This document shows, in pieces, positions 30,082 through 40,364 of a stretch of 64,000 nt of DNA; position 1 is the stretch's first letter, and every line of letters starts with the position of its first letter. Both the position numbers and the translations under genes were made by a program. The notes under the pieces are model-generated. The model was not told the origin of the DNA, made no database searches, and was given only the letters and a program-made list of their open reading frames with translations. This DNA comes from a virus, in the IMG/VR virus record IMGVR_UViG_3300049048_000052, positions 86,643 through 150,642 of that record; one strand, written 5' to 3'.

Positions 30082-31151
30082 TGCCTAGCTGAATACGTAT
30101 TCATAATTAAGACTAGCAGCAGTACTACTCAGATAGATAGGGACATGACTGCCTTTATCACTGGCAGACAGGGAGATAGTGGGGCTAGTCCCGAGTGCCT
30201 TAAGGCTGCTGAGGAAGAGCTAAGTGAGTATGCCGAGGACTGGTTTGATAATGCAGTTAGCTGGATTCCAGGTGAGTGCGGGGACGCTATATGTGAACCT
30301 TGGTACAACAACAAATTAAAGGCTTGGTCTAGTGTAGCCATCTTCCTGTCAGAGGAACCTGAGGAGGATATAGCTGAACTAATGAAGATTAGGGCTATAC
30401 GCTTTGCTGAGATGACAGGTATAAAGATACTGGGCTTTGAGCTAATAAGCCAGGAAGTAGTAGAGACAACAATATGGGAAACAGAAAAGACAAATTAGTC
30501 CAGGATGTTAATGGGGCTTATGTATTGGACCCCAAAGAGACAGCCCTACATATAATAATAGGTAATGCTGAGATCCATGTATTTAAACTGGATAAAGCTT
30601 TAGAGGTAACTGTATATGGTAGAAGGGATGAGCCTCTAGTATATGCACTACCTAGATATGAGGATATAGATAAGGAACCCGATGAGTAGTTTAGTTCAGT
30701 CAAATGAGGAGGAGTATAGACTCAAGGCTAATGGGCGCCATAATCATGTATGGATTATCGTAGATAACCTCAAGGTTTATATAAGGAGAACTGACATGGG
30801 CGTCACAGTAGATCTTTACCCTACCGAGGGTAATACTGACGAGTGTCTTGCTGGTACATACGCCTTCTTTAGTGAGGCTATATATGATGAGGATGAAGAA
30901 CCTCCCGTGAAGAAGTAGAAGAATGTTATGAATGACTTCAAGGAAGAAGACACTAATGAACCTCAAAGCCTGGAGGAGCTTAGGCAGATTATCAATAAAA
31001 CCATATTTGCTAAGCAGATAGTAGTGCCTATAACAGTGGAGGGAGATAGAGTGTACTTCTCCTTTATTGTCCCAAGTAATAATGTTCAAGGTAGGTTTCA
31101 GGTGACTCTACCTACAAGCTAGAGAATACACAAGCCCTTTATTGGAGTTTT

Positions 31152-31556
31152 ATGGTTAAACCACGACGACGTAGAAGGTCTGCTGGCTTTAAGCTGTTGA
31201 GGCAATGGGCCTTTGTTACAATTGGTTTGATCGTAGTATCAATGGTACTTACCTCAATCAACCCAATGCTACTGAACTCTAACCTCGCGCTGTTAGGCTT
31301 CTTGGTATGGGCAATATTAGCTATAGGTACTATAGGTTTTGCTGCCTATAGTCTGGATGTAGCAATCCAGGCCTCAAAGGTAAGGAAGATCTTCGTTGAG
31401 AGGTTTCCTACCTACGAGGCCCTGTCCTGGTATGACTTCTTGGGTATATACCCAGAGGAAGTGCTGGATAACATTGAGCTCCTAGCTCAGATATGTCGAG
31501 AGGAGGAAGACCTCCATGTTTCTTTGTTTGAACTATTAAGGAGAGACTTTCGGTGA
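31152..31556 (+). CDS. membrane protein (possible partner of the downstream SPFH protein)
   Basis: Basic N-terminus, two TM helices, soluble C-terminal domain; its stop overlaps the SPFH gene start. Confidence 0.45.
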   Translation: MVKPRRRRRSAGFKLLRQWAFVTIGLIVVSMVLTSINPMLLNSNLALLGFLVWAILAIGTIGFAAYSLDVAIQASKVRKIFVERFPTYEALSWYDFLGIYPEEVLDNIELLAQICREEEDLHVSLFELLRRDFR

Positions 31557-32473
31557 AGTTAAGCCGTTTGATTTGTGGTGTGAGTTTATTTGCTGGTTCC
31601 TTATTCCTAGGCGCCTGCGGGGTAATCCCCGGCACTAATGTGGAAACTGTCCAGCCTGGCTATACGGGCCTCTTGATTGACCTCTATGGAGGTAATAAGG
31701 GTATCGAGAATGCTCAGATTGTTAACGGTAGGGTTTGGTACAACGGCTATACTCAAGACATTGTTGTATTCCCTACCTTTGTTAGTACATACTCCTTCAC
31801 CTCTAGTGTAGAAGAGGGTGCTGCTAGGGATGAATCTATCACCTTCGCCGTGGGTGGCAGTCCAGTCTCTGGGGACGTTGGGGTATCTTTTGGGTTCAGT
31901 ACTGAGCAAGCACCGGGTAGCACTAAGACCAAACTGCATCAGTTTTATGAGACTTACCGTAAGGAACCTCAACAATTCATGCAGTCTGATATGCGTAACG
32001 GCCTGCGGGATTGCTTCACTAGAGCTGCCGAGGACCTAAAACTGATTCCCTCCGTGCTATCCACCAACCAACAGAAGCTAGTGGCCAAGGTAAGAGACTG
32101 CCTCCAAATACGCTACCCTGTTGTTAATATCTCTGATGTGAGTCTATTGGGACCTCTGCGTCTACCTCCTGATATCCAAAAGAGTATCAATGAACAACAG
32201 ACAGCTCAACAGGCCGCACAGACTGCGGAGGCCAATAAGCGTAAGGTAGAAGCTGAAGCCGCCTCTAATGTAGCTAGAGCTAAGGGCGAAGCCCAGGTAA
32301 CTATTGAACAAGCCCGTGCTGAGGCGGAGGCCAACAGGCTACGCTCCGGCTCCGTTACTAATCAACTGCTGGAACTGGAACGCTTACGTGTTGAGCGTGC
32401 TCGTATTGAGAAGTGGGATGGTCAACAGGCCCCCACTATCCAAACACCAGTAGTCCAGTTGGGCGGCAAGTAG
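31553..32473 (+). CDS. SPFH/band-7 domain lipoprotein
   Basis: GTG start; signal peptide ending FLGACG (lipobox); SPFH-like core (GYTGLLIDLYGG...VVFPTFV); C-terminal Ala/Gln/Glu-rich coiled coil typical of prohibitin/HflC-like proteins. Confidence 0.6.
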   Translation: MKLSRLICGVSLFAGSLFLGACGVIPGTNVETVQPGYTGLLIDLYGGNKGIENAQIVNGRVWYNGYTQDIVVFPTFVSTYSFTSSVEEGAARDESITFAVGGSPVSGDVGVSFGFSTEQAPGSTKTKLHQFYETYRKEPQQFMQSDMRNGLRDCFTRAAEDLKLIPSVLSTNQQKLVAKVRDCLQIRYPVVNISDVSLLGPLRLPPDIQKSINEQQTAQQAAQTAEANKRKVEAEAASNVARAKGEAQVTIEQARAEAEANRLRSGSVTNQLLELERLRVERARIEKWDGQQAPTIQTPVVQLGGK

Positions 32474-32528
32474 TTAAATCTTGGGGTGTATTTCTACACC
32501 CCACAAACCTATTGATTGAAGGCAACTT

Positions 32529-33062
32529 ATGACAAAGCTTTTGGAGGCTGAAGCTCAGAGTATCATAACCTCGGGACATCCTGAGGACTTGAATAAGATG
32601 GCTAATGATCTATTGATCTTAGGTAGTACTCGATTGGAAGCTAGGGTGACAAGCAATCCTGAGCAGGTTAGGTTGAATATGATACTGCTGACCAGACAGT
32701 TAGCTGAGGCTAGAGGACGTAACCTCACAGCCATGGCTGTGTTAGGTCTATTCGCATGTGTAACACTCCTTATCCTAACCCTGATATATCTGGATGTACA
32801 GAAGAGTAGAGAGGACTATGATAGGTCCCTAGGTGCCTATGTGCTGCTTAGTGATGCCAATTGGCTTAAGTGTAAGATCGTGTACGATAGCACCACTAGG
32901 TGCCCCAGGTTACCTGATGAGTACATAGATGGTAGAGAGCCTAAGGTAGAGGACTACTTTGCGGGTTACCCACCTAAGTTAATCCAGGCAAAACAAGAAA
33001 TTGACAGTGCTGGTAAAACAAGGAGAGTTATTGATGAAGCCAGAAGAAGTGGCCGTCCTTGA
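32529..33062 (+). CDS. membrane protein
   Basis: 177 aa with a central TM helix (AVLGLFACVTLLILTLIYL). Confidence 0.4.
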   Translation: MTKLLEAEAQSIITSGHPEDLNKMANDLLILGSTRLEARVTSNPEQVRLNMILLTRQLAEARGRNLTAMAVLGLFACVTLLILTLIYLDVQKSREDYDRSLGAYVLLSDANWLKCKIVYDSTTRCPRLPDEYIDGREPKVEDYFAGYPPKLIQAKQEIDSAGKTRRVIDEARRSGRP

Positions 33063-33439
33063 GAGGGACCTCGCTGACGCCAAGTTACGTGTTAAGGAGA
33101 TAGAGGATAAGTTACAGGCCACTCAGCTTGTAAGGGCCTCTAGCCCAGAGTTTAAAGATAAGATGGTAGGACCTTACAATATAAGTAGGTTCCATCATGT
33201 TCTTGATCTATTGGTTGCAGGTAGGACCTGTGTCTTCCGGCATGAATCCTATGGGGAATATGTTGTATATACCCATAAGGAGACAGGTCATGTTAAGGTA
33301 AGGAAGACGAAGCCAGGTCCTAATGAAGGGATTATGGCTATCCAACCACCCTATCAACAGATCAATGACCAAACTATATTCAGATGTATGGTCCTGTCTG
33401 ATACGGGGGAGTGGTTTGTTTATCCTGAAGAGGATAAAG

Positions 33440-33787
33440 ATGAGAAGCCCTAGAGTAGCGCTCATTATCTTGCTACTAAGTCTAGTAGCAGCACCTGTTT
33501 TGGCAAGGAAACCTAATCCTAAGGGTGCAACCTTCTGTGAACTGGGTAGCGGCTACTGGACTGTAACTATAGTCTCGGGTATCTCTGGAGAGGAGATGTC
33601 AGTAGTTATCTCAGAGTTCCTTGCTAAGGAAGAGCTGATCACTTACTACACTTTTATGGGCCTATGCAATAATAGGACTCCTAGAGAGTTGTGGGTACAG
33701 GGCCTTAATGAGGCCAGTGCTAAGAAGGTCTACAACTTCCTGAGAAGGAGGTATCCCGATAGGGAAGTGTATAACATTAGACCATAA
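33440..33787 (+). CDS. secreted protein
   Basis: Internal ATG giving MRSPRVALIILLLSLVAAPVLA signal peptide; the longer listed ORF overlaps the previous gene. Confidence 0.4.
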   Translation: MRSPRVALIILLLSLVAAPVLARKPNPKGATFCELGSGYWTVTIVSGISGEEMSVVISEFLAKEELITYYTFMGLCNNRTPRELWVQGLNEASAKKVYNFLRRRYPDREVYNIRP

Positions 33788-33847
33788 ATCTTAGGGCGTA
33801 AGCCCTTATTCATTCCTCAGTGGCGCAGTGGATAGCGCACCCGCCTT

Positions 33848-34537
33848 TAGGATAGGAGCACTTCTAGGGGAAACCCTTAAAGTGAATGTGGTTAAATTCA
33901 GGGAAGACTAAGTAGATTATGATCAAACTCCCAATGACAGTTAGGACATAGAGGTACTAAGTTGTCTACAGAGTTAATGTCGTTAACTAAGGTTTCATGT
34001 GGAAAACTAGAGATGGCCTTTCTATGGGCTATTTCAACATGTTTGTTATACCCACAGTTAATACAACAAGACCAGTCGAGTTTTGCTGCTACAGCTCTAG
34101 CCCTTGCTCTAACTAAAGCATAGGCTGAGGACCTGTGATGTTTATTGTACATGGCTTCTTCTAAAGTGACATTTAGATTTAGTCCCTTACGATGAGATCC
34201 AAAGCAGGATTTACAGTAGGTTCTGGAGTTACTTATAGGAGTGGTGCATACCAAGCATTTATTCTCGGGTTTCCTCTTGGGGAAATTACGATTATTATGT
34301 GTAGCAGCACAACTCTTACTACAGAACTTAGGGTTAGTTGTTTCCTTATTACAGTTGAGACAATTCATAGTTTATATGTTAATCCTGAGCCAAGCTATTC
34401 GAAAGCCCTATTATATCATGGGTTCGAATAGAAGGTGCAGAGACTTAACAGCCACCACCTAAGGTCATAAGACTATGGTGAAGATAAAGTCCAGACTACA
34501 AACACTCTTGAGTGGCAGCTAAAGCTGTAGTAGGAGG
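33848..34537 (+). mobile_element. group I-like intron in the tRNA anticodon loop (between nt 34 and 35)
   Basis: TTCAGGGAAGACTAAG (33897..33912) and AAGATAAAGTCCAGACTACAA (34481..34501) resemble the group I R and S (P7) elements; terminal G before the 3' exon; about 210 nt of non-ORF sequence. Confidence 0.55.
33898..34368 (-). CDS. HNH homing endonuclease, encoded antisense inside the tRNA intron
   Basis: 156 aa; CINCGYNKHVEIAH...NLVPLCPNCH is a classic HNH motif, plus N-terminal CxxC pairs. Confidence 0.7.
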   Translation of the reverse strand: MNCLNCNKETTNPKFCSKSCAATHNNRNFPKRKPENKCLVCTTPISNSRTYCKSCFGSHRKGLNLNVTLEEAMYNKHHRSSAYALVRARARAVAAKLDWSCCINCGYNKHVEIAHRKAISSFPHETLVNDINSVDNLVPLCPNCHWEFDHNLLSLP

Positions 34538-34595
34538 CTAAGCGGTCGGTCGCAGGTTCGAATCCTGCCTGGGGAGTTTTAGTTAGGAGAAGATC

Positions 34596-35300
34596 ATGAG
34601 AATCATGACATATAAGGGCAGGCATGATTACTATGATCATGCTATGGCCTATGGTACTGATGAGAAGATTGTCTATGTTAGGCATCCTAAGGAGTTTCAC
34701 TTAGACCAGGTATTCAAGGGACGTGAGATACGTCAATATTATAGAGAGTTAAATCATTGGTTACCTCAGGATATAAGGGCCTCCGTCCTAGGTTTCTGTG
34801 GTACGTTGTACCCTGTCTATAGATACGAGGACACATACGGCATGTCTCCTGAGTACCTACTCGGTAAGCAGAAAGACGATGCTAGAAGAAGGTTAGAGGC
34901 TCTGCTTAATAAGCATGTCCTTTCTCCCTGGAATTATAAAGACGCCCTCCTCAAAGACAGGATGGTCAAAGAGATGATAGGTAAGGAACTGGGAATTGAG
35001 ACCTTTAATAAGTTAAGGTCTCCTTGTTTTCATATGCAGATGGAGTTTGGACGTACTGGTTTTCAGTATACCCTGACCACAAATCCTATACTTGTAGAGT
35101 TAGGGTTCCAGGTTATAGAAGAACCTATGTATTGTTATCAAGAGATCTATATGTTTATAGATAACCTTAATGCAAGTATAGGTCCCGTAGATGAGTCCAC
35201 TAAGTCCGATGATGTGATTGCAAAGTCTAAGGGTCATGATCCTAAGACATCCTTTAGAACTAATAGTCCTGGTAAGAAGGCCAGGAGGAGAAGTAAGTGA
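34596..35300 (+). CDS. hypothetical protein
   Basis: 234-aa ORF with TTAGGAGAAGATC ribosome-binding site. Confidence 0.5.
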   Translation: MRIMTYKGRHDYYDHAMAYGTDEKIVYVRHPKEFHLDQVFKGREIRQYYRELNHWLPQDIRASVLGFCGTLYPVYRYEDTYGMSPEYLLGKQKDDARRRLEALLNKHVLSPWNYKDALLKDRMVKEMIGKELGIETFNKLRSPCFHMQMEFGRTGFQYTLTTNPILVELGFQVIEEPMYCYQEIYMFIDNLNASIGPVDESTKSDDVIAKSKGHDPKTSFRTNSPGKKARRRSK

Positions 35301-35863
35301 GATATAGATTGAATACAGAGGGACCTCAGGGTGCTGCGGCTGCGAAGCTTGTAGCTATAGTCGTAGGATCTATTAGCACCTTTATGCTATTAGTGTCCTT
35401 TGCTTACCTATTATTTGGTACGCCCTCAGGGGCTGCTGTCCTAGGTTGCATACTGGGTCTGTTATTGGGAGCTGGGGGTATTGTCCTCTCGGCCATCGGA
35501 TTCATTATGGGTGCCGTAGCTCAGGATGAAGATTAAGTAGTTATTAGGAGTATAGAGAATGCGTAGACATAGCAATGATGATTTCGATTCCATGTTTAAT
35601 AGCATGGCCGATACCATATCCAAGGCCCAGAGGAGAGCTAAGAGAATCTTCCTCATTCTAGGCCTGATATCGGTAAGTGCCCTGTTAGGCTGCTTTTGGG
35701 CTCTGTTTATGGGTAACCTGAGCATGTCCGCAACTGTGGGGGCCTGTCTAGGCATCCTGATTTCAGCACCATTAAGCTGGGTAAGTCTAGCAACTGTATT
35801 GGCTTCGAGTATTAAGGCATAGTTTGACTAACATGGGTATATAGAAGTATACTCATGTAACAT

Positions 35864-35944
35864 GGGTGGATGACCGAGAGGCCGATGGTGCCTGACTGTA
35901 AATCAGGTCGTAACAGCGCGCTGGTTCGAATCCAGCTCCACCCA
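35864..35944 (+). tRNA. tRNA-Tyr (GUA)
   Basis: Acceptor GGGTGGA/TCCACCC, class II D-arm CCGAGAGGCCGATGG, anticodon stem-loop CCTGA CTGTAAA TCAGG, long variable arm, T-arm GCTGG/TTCGAAT/CCAGC. Confidence 0.7.
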
Positions 35945-35953
35945 TTTCAATAA

Positions 35954-36036
35954 CGGCAGGCTAGGCGAGTTGGTGATCGCTGGGGAGTGTACAACCCTAC
36001 CTTATAGGAACGTTGGTTCGAATCCAACCCTGCTGA
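35954..36036 (+). tRNA. tRNA (long-variable-arm type, anticodon unresolved)
   Basis: Acceptor CGGCAGG/CCTGCTG, T-arm GTTGG/TTCGAAT/CCAAC, D-loop AGTTGGTGAT; anticodon arm could not be folded by hand. Confidence 0.4.
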
Positions 36037-36542
36037 TTCTACATAGTAAACAGGGGAATGTTATGGTGAGTCGTAGTGTCTACAGACTTACATATAGGTG
36101 TAAATGTAAGCACTGTAATAGACCATCGGAATATAAAAGCCATATGATTAGATCTGGCAATAAGAGATGCAGGGCCCTCAATAAGAAGGCCCTTAATAAT
36201 ATTAATATTGATGATGATACATATGATCCTATATTCGTTGATATAGGTTACACCGATTAAGGAGAAACAATATGCCACCAGAAGAGGAAGTTAATGATGA
36301 GGAAGTCACCAATCCAATCGAGGATGAAGTGGAGAGACAGAAGGCCATCTTTGGCTATGCTGATATCGATGAGAAAGCAGAGGAACTTAAAGTCCTCTTT
36401 GGCACTGACAGAGACTCTGCCTAGTATCGCGGTAATCATACTGGCCCTGTTTGCTATAGCGGCTAGTGCGGTGTATGGGATACCAGTATGACTAAATGCG
36501 AGGCGTGTAATGATAGTAAATGGTTGTACAGGAGTGTAAGGA

Positions 36543-36725
36543 ATGAGCAAGGTAATATCATCTGGGAACCAACAGAGTGCTTCTGCGTCCAAGAGGAAGC
36601 AACGGGGAGCCAACCTACTGGTGACGACGATCAGACACAACACCCGTTGTAATTGCGGCAGAGTTGTTAATGTAAGTAGGGAGGTGCTTAACTATAAGTG
36701 CCTTACTTGTTATATAGGTAATTGA
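36543..36725 (+). CDS. small Cys-rich (zinc-ribbon-like) protein
   Basis: 60 aa with CNCG...CLTC and an AGGAGTGTAAGGA ribosome-binding site; an overlapping alternative small ORF 36488..36651 also has a CxxC. Confidence 0.3.
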   Translation: MSKVISSGNQQSASASKRKQRGANLLVTTIRHNTRCNCGRVVNVSREVLNYKCLTCYIGN

Positions 36726-36787
36726 TTATTAGGACTCAGTAGGTAACCGCTTACTGAGTCTATTAACTTATTAGGAAGATACTTATT

Positions 36788-37132
36788 ATGTTGGTTAAGA
36801 TTAATGGGGAAGACCATATTATTGGATTCCACTATGTGAGATGCCCCCTTGGTGAGGCCCCTAAGAATAAACGGGAGGCTGATGTAGAACGGTCATATAT
36901 TATACAGAAGTTCTTTGAAGGTAAACTGCCTCCTTATAATAAGGATATGCACCCCTTCGCATCCATTTGTTATATTAAAAAGCAGGCCACTGGTGAAATG
37001 CTAGCTGCCGCAGTATCCATATGTATTGAAGAGGATAACTTCAGTAGGAAAGTTGGTAGAACTAAGTCTTATAACTCTCTATTAAAGATATTGAATATAG
37101 ATGCTGATAAGCTGGAGATTATTAATAAGTGA
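36788..37132 (+). CDS. hypothetical protein
   Basis: 114-aa ORF. Confidence 0.45.
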   Translation: MLVKINGEDHIIGFHYVRCPLGEAPKNKREADVERSYIIQKFFEGKLPPYNKDMHPFASICYIKKQATGEMLAAAVSICIEEDNFSRKVGRTKSYNSLLKILNIDADKLEIINK

Positions 37133-37659
37133 AGGTAGCCATTGGTACTCAAAGTGGTCCTAAGATAGAGTCTGTACTCAATGGATTTGAAGTACTAGGC
37201 CTAATCGCTATAGATATATATCCTAAGAATTGTATAACGGGAATAGTACAGCCCAAGTCCTTAAGTCAAATGGAGAACTGTGCTATGACAAGAATGGAGC
37301 AGTTGCAGGATGAATTTGGGGACTGTATCTATCATGTGGTAGTTGAGAGTGGCCTTATTCAAAAGAGGGCACCCATAGGTAATACTGAAACTACGCTTTG
37401 TCTCATTAAGCATGTGCCAACAGGTACTCTAGGTTATGGGACTGGGGGTGAATGGAGGGTACCTGAGTACATTATCGATCAGCTAAATGAATGTGGTGAG
37501 ATGGGTAAGACTCAGGTTAAGGGTGCTCAACCCTTAGATAAGCTAGCTATTGGTGGTAGTGTTATTGATGCTATCACAGGTGGGAGATGGAATAGGGTTG
37601 ACCAAATAGAGGTTGCCACTATACATGCCCTTGCTTATTTGTTACATGAAGTAGAATAG
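37129..37659 (+). CDS. hypothetical protein
   Basis: 176-aa ORF overlapping the previous stop; hairpin follows. Confidence 0.45.
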   Translation: MKVAIGTQSGPKIESVLNGFEVLGLIAIDIYPKNCITGIVQPKSLSQMENCAMTRMEQLQDEFGDCIYHVVVESGLIQKRAPIGNTETTLCLIKHVPTGTLGYGTGGEWRVPEYIIDQLNECGEMGKTQVKGAQPLDKLAIGGSVIDAITGGRWNRVDQIEVATIHALAYLLHEVE

Positions 37660-37686
37660 ATCATAGCCCCTTAAGTGGGGCACCAC

Positions 37687-37760
37687 GTCCCTGTGGTCCA
37701 ACTGGTAGAGGTAACGGACTTAAAATCCGTGTGTTGTGGGTTCGAATCCCACCAGGGACA
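37687..37760 (+). tRNA. tRNA (anticodon UAA; Leu by anticodon, but short variable arm)
   Basis: Acceptor GTCCCTG/CAGGGAC 7/7, anticodon stem-loop ACGGA CTTAAAA TCCGT, T-arm GTGGG/TTCGAAT/CCCAC. Confidence 0.6.
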
Positions 37761-37763
37761 TTT

Positions 37764-37837
37764 GCCGCAGTAGCCCAATTGGGTAGAGGCTGTAGGTTGA
37801 GGGCTTACATGTTACAGGTTCAAATCCTGTCTGCGGT
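37764..37837 (+). tRNA. tRNA (anticodon GAG?)
   Basis: Acceptor GCCGCAG/CTGCGGT, loop TTGAGGG between GTAGG and CTTAC, T-arm ACAGG/TTCAAAT/CCTGT. Confidence 0.55.
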
Positions 37838-37859
37838 ATTATCACTATAAAGGATATGT

Positions 37860-39884
37860 ATGTTTGAGCAATTAAGATCGGCCGTTAAGGCTCGTTTTGC
37901 TTCCCTCGTTGTAGGGAATGGTGAGAATATGTTTGTCCTGGATATCTCTAGGGATGATCTATGGAACACTTATATAACTGGATATCCAGAGGGCGCTGAA
38001 AGACAAGAGAACAACTGCAACGCCTGTAGATCTTTCATTAAGAATTATGGAGGTCTTGTATGGGTAGACCCCAACACCTATGAGCTCCATAATATCTGGC
38101 AGCTAGAAGGACCCATGGCTGACTATGGCCCAGTTAAGGCTCTGAGAGAATTGGTAGAACTAGCTACTATTCGGGATGCGTTCATTAACGATACCCGTAA
38201 GTTAGGTGTTGACTATAACTTCGCCGCTGAGAGTATGACCAAGTGGACACATCTCTTCTATGAGATGCCTAGGTCATTTCCTACGCAGGTACGTAGTGAA
38301 GTGCCTACCCTGCTTAATGATATTAGGACTGGTGCTAAGGCGTTTGAAAGGGCTCTAATTGAGCTAACTACAGACAGTGTAGAGACAGTCCTAGAACTCA
38401 TAGAGACTAACTCAATCTATCGAGGTGCTGAAAGTAAGGGGGTCCTTCAATCCTTCTTAACCCTAAAGCAGACCTATGATGCCTTACCAGATTACTCTAG
38501 GAAGCAAGCCTTCGCTTGGCTTACCTCTAGGAGGAATCCTGGTATAAGCCGTATCAAGAATACGGCTATCGGTACTCTGCTGGAGGATATATCTGGGGGC
38601 ATGGAGCTAACCCCTGCTGTTCACAGATTTGTGGATAAAATGGATCCCAATAAGTACCAGAGACGTACTGCTGTAGTATCCTCTGGTATGATCAAGCAGG
38701 CAGAGCAGAAAGTCCTAGAGTTAGGTCTGGATACAGCCTTAGCTAGACGACACTCGACCCTGGATGACCTGCGTATTGAGGATGTCCTCTATGTTAATAG
38801 AGATGCTGTCAAGGGAGCCCAGTCTCTCTTTGGTGAGATCATGGGAGAGGTAGAGACTAAGGTTGATCCCAAGAAGTTTGAGGACCTCAAGGATGTTACA
38901 GTAGATACGTTCCTAGAGAGTGTACTACCCGGTGCATCTAAGGTAGAGGTTCTCTTTGAGGGTAGACACTTCTCTAACCTGGTCAGCTTGACTACCGCAG
39001 TTAACCCTGATGCCAAGTATCTCTTCAAATGGGATAACCATCACTCCTGGTGTTACAATGGGGCCCTTGCGGACTCAAGTACTAAGGCTTTGGTTAAGGC
39101 GGCAGGTGGTCAAGTAGAGGGTATACTTCGGTGTTCTCTAGGTTGGGGCAATGGAGATGATCTAGACTTGCATCTTGAGGAACCTAACGGTTTCCATATT
39201 TACTTTGGATCTAAGAAATCTCCAACTGGAGGGGCCCTAGATGTAGATATGAATGCTGGCGGTATTGACAATAGTACCAACCCAGTAGAGAACATTATCT
39301 ACCCCTATGGTAGTAACATGAGGGAAGGGGTGTATAAGGTCTGGGTAAATAACTACTCTAAGAGATCCAACGATGGCTCTGGCTTTGAGGTAGAGATGGA
39401 GTTTGGGGGACGCATCCTGAAGTTTGTCCATCCTAAACCACTGACTAATCACTCTAGTTACACTGTAGCCACCTTCAGCTACAGCAAGACAAAAGGTATC
39501 GAGCTAATCTCAGGTACTCCAGACAGCACAGGCAGCCTAAGTAAGGAGATATGGGGTATCCAAACAGATACCTTCCATCCCGTGCAGGCTGTAACCCTAT
39601 CCCCCAACTATTGGGGAGATAAGCAAATAGGTAACAAACACATGTTCCTATTCATCGAGGCCTGTAAGAATGATGGCATCGTCCGAGGACTCTTTAATGA
39701 GTTCCTACGTCAGGAATTGGCCCCGCATAGGACCGCCTTTGAGTTATTAGGAGCCAAACTTCAGGTAGCCCAGAGTGATGGTCCTCAATTAAGCGGACTT
39801 GGCTTCTCATCCACTCAGGCTGCAGACTTTGTAGTCAGAGTGACCGGGAAGACGGTTCGTATGTTACGTGTGAAGACTTTGTAG
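37860..39884 (+). CDS. large hypothetical protein (674 aa)
   Basis: Longest ORF of the central region; no recognisable catalytic motif. Confidence 0.6.
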   Translation: MFEQLRSAVKARFASLVVGNGENMFVLDISRDDLWNTYITGYPEGAERQENNCNACRSFIKNYGGLVWVDPNTYELHNIWQLEGPMADYGPVKALRELVELATIRDAFINDTRKLGVDYNFAAESMTKWTHLFYEMPRSFPTQVRSEVPTLLNDIRTGAKAFERALIELTTDSVETVLELIETNSIYRGAESKGVLQSFLTLKQTYDALPDYSRKQAFAWLTSRRNPGISRIKNTAIGTLLEDISGGMELTPAVHRFVDKMDPNKYQRRTAVVSSGMIKQAEQKVLELGLDTALARRHSTLDDLRIEDVLYVNRDAVKGAQSLFGEIMGEVETKVDPKKFEDLKDVTVDTFLESVLPGASKVEVLFEGRHFSNLVSLTTAVNPDAKYLFKWDNHHSWCYNGALADSSTKALVKAAGGQVEGILRCSLGWGNGDDLDLHLEEPNGFHIYFGSKKSPTGGALDVDMNAGGIDNSTNPVENIIYPYGSNMREGVYKVWVNNYSKRSNDGSGFEVEMEFGGRILKFVHPKPLTNHSSYTVATFSYSKTKGIELISGTPDSTGSLSKEIWGIQTDTFHPVQAVTLSPNYWGDKQIGNKHMFLFIEACKNDGIVRGLFNEFLRQELAPHRTAFELLGAKLQVAQSDGPQLSGLGFSSTQAADFVVRVTGKTVRMLRVKTL

Positions 39885-39900
39885 TTGTAAGGAAAGACTA

Positions 39901-40290
39901 ATGCAAGACATGATGTATAAGAAGGCTGTTCGCATGAAGCTGCGTTTCCAGGCAGCTAAAGGGCAGATTACAATGGAGGACCTATATGGTCTTTCCTTGG
40001 AAGTCCTAAATGGCATGGCCAATGAGGTGAACGAACGCCTCAACAAGAATGCCGTCAGCTTCATCCCTGATGCCACCGTCAACAAGGGTAACGAAGAGGA
40101 TACACTAAGACTGGAGATCCTCAAGGATGTAATCCTGACTAAATATCAGGAGCAACAGGCCCGAGCCAATGCTGCAGAGTTAGCCCGTAGGAAACAAGAC
40201 CTTATGGATGCTTTCCATCAAGTGCAGCAGAAAGATCTCTTGAGTAAGACCCCTCAAGAGATTGAGGCAATGATTGCAGCCTTAGGATAG
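39901..40290 (+). CDS. hypothetical coiled-coil protein
   Basis: 129 aa, charged and helical; terminator hairpin follows. Confidence 0.45.
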   Translation: MQDMMYKKAVRMKLRFQAAKGQITMEDLYGLSLEVLNGMANEVNERLNKNAVSFIPDATVNKGNEEDTLRLEILKDVILTKYQEQQARANAAELARRKQDLMDAFHQVQQKDLLSKTPQEIEAMIAALG

Positions 40291-40364
40291 TCGATAACCT
40301 AGAGGGGGTAGTAATACCCCCTCAACGTCAAGGCTTAGTTACAATAGTTAGTTAGGAGATAACT

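Larger units (their letters stand above)
33814..34575 (+). tRNA. tRNA (anticodon UCU inferred, Arg) interrupted by a 690-nt group I-like intron
   Basis: 5' exon 33814..33847: acceptor TCCTCAG, D-arm GCGC/AGTGGATA/GCGC, anticodon stem CCCGC, loop CTT. 3' exon 34538..34575: CTAA, stem GCGGT, T-arm GCAGG/TTCGAAT/CCTGC, acceptor CTGGGGA, which pairs 7/7 with the 5' acceptor. The intron ends in G. Confidence 0.6.

Noticed and set aside
34192-34462. Plus-strand ORFs 34192..34431 and 34241..34462 inside the tRNA intron
   Set aside because: They lie antisense to the HNH ORF, which has a complete catalytic motif; the plus-frame products have no motif and would cut through intron core elements.
35970-36260. 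Long form of ORF 35970..36260
   Set aside because: Its first about 30 codons overlap tRNA 35954..36036; if real, the internal ATG at 36063 with an AGGGGAA ribosome-binding site is the likelier start. Left out of the feature list because it is short and its support is weak.
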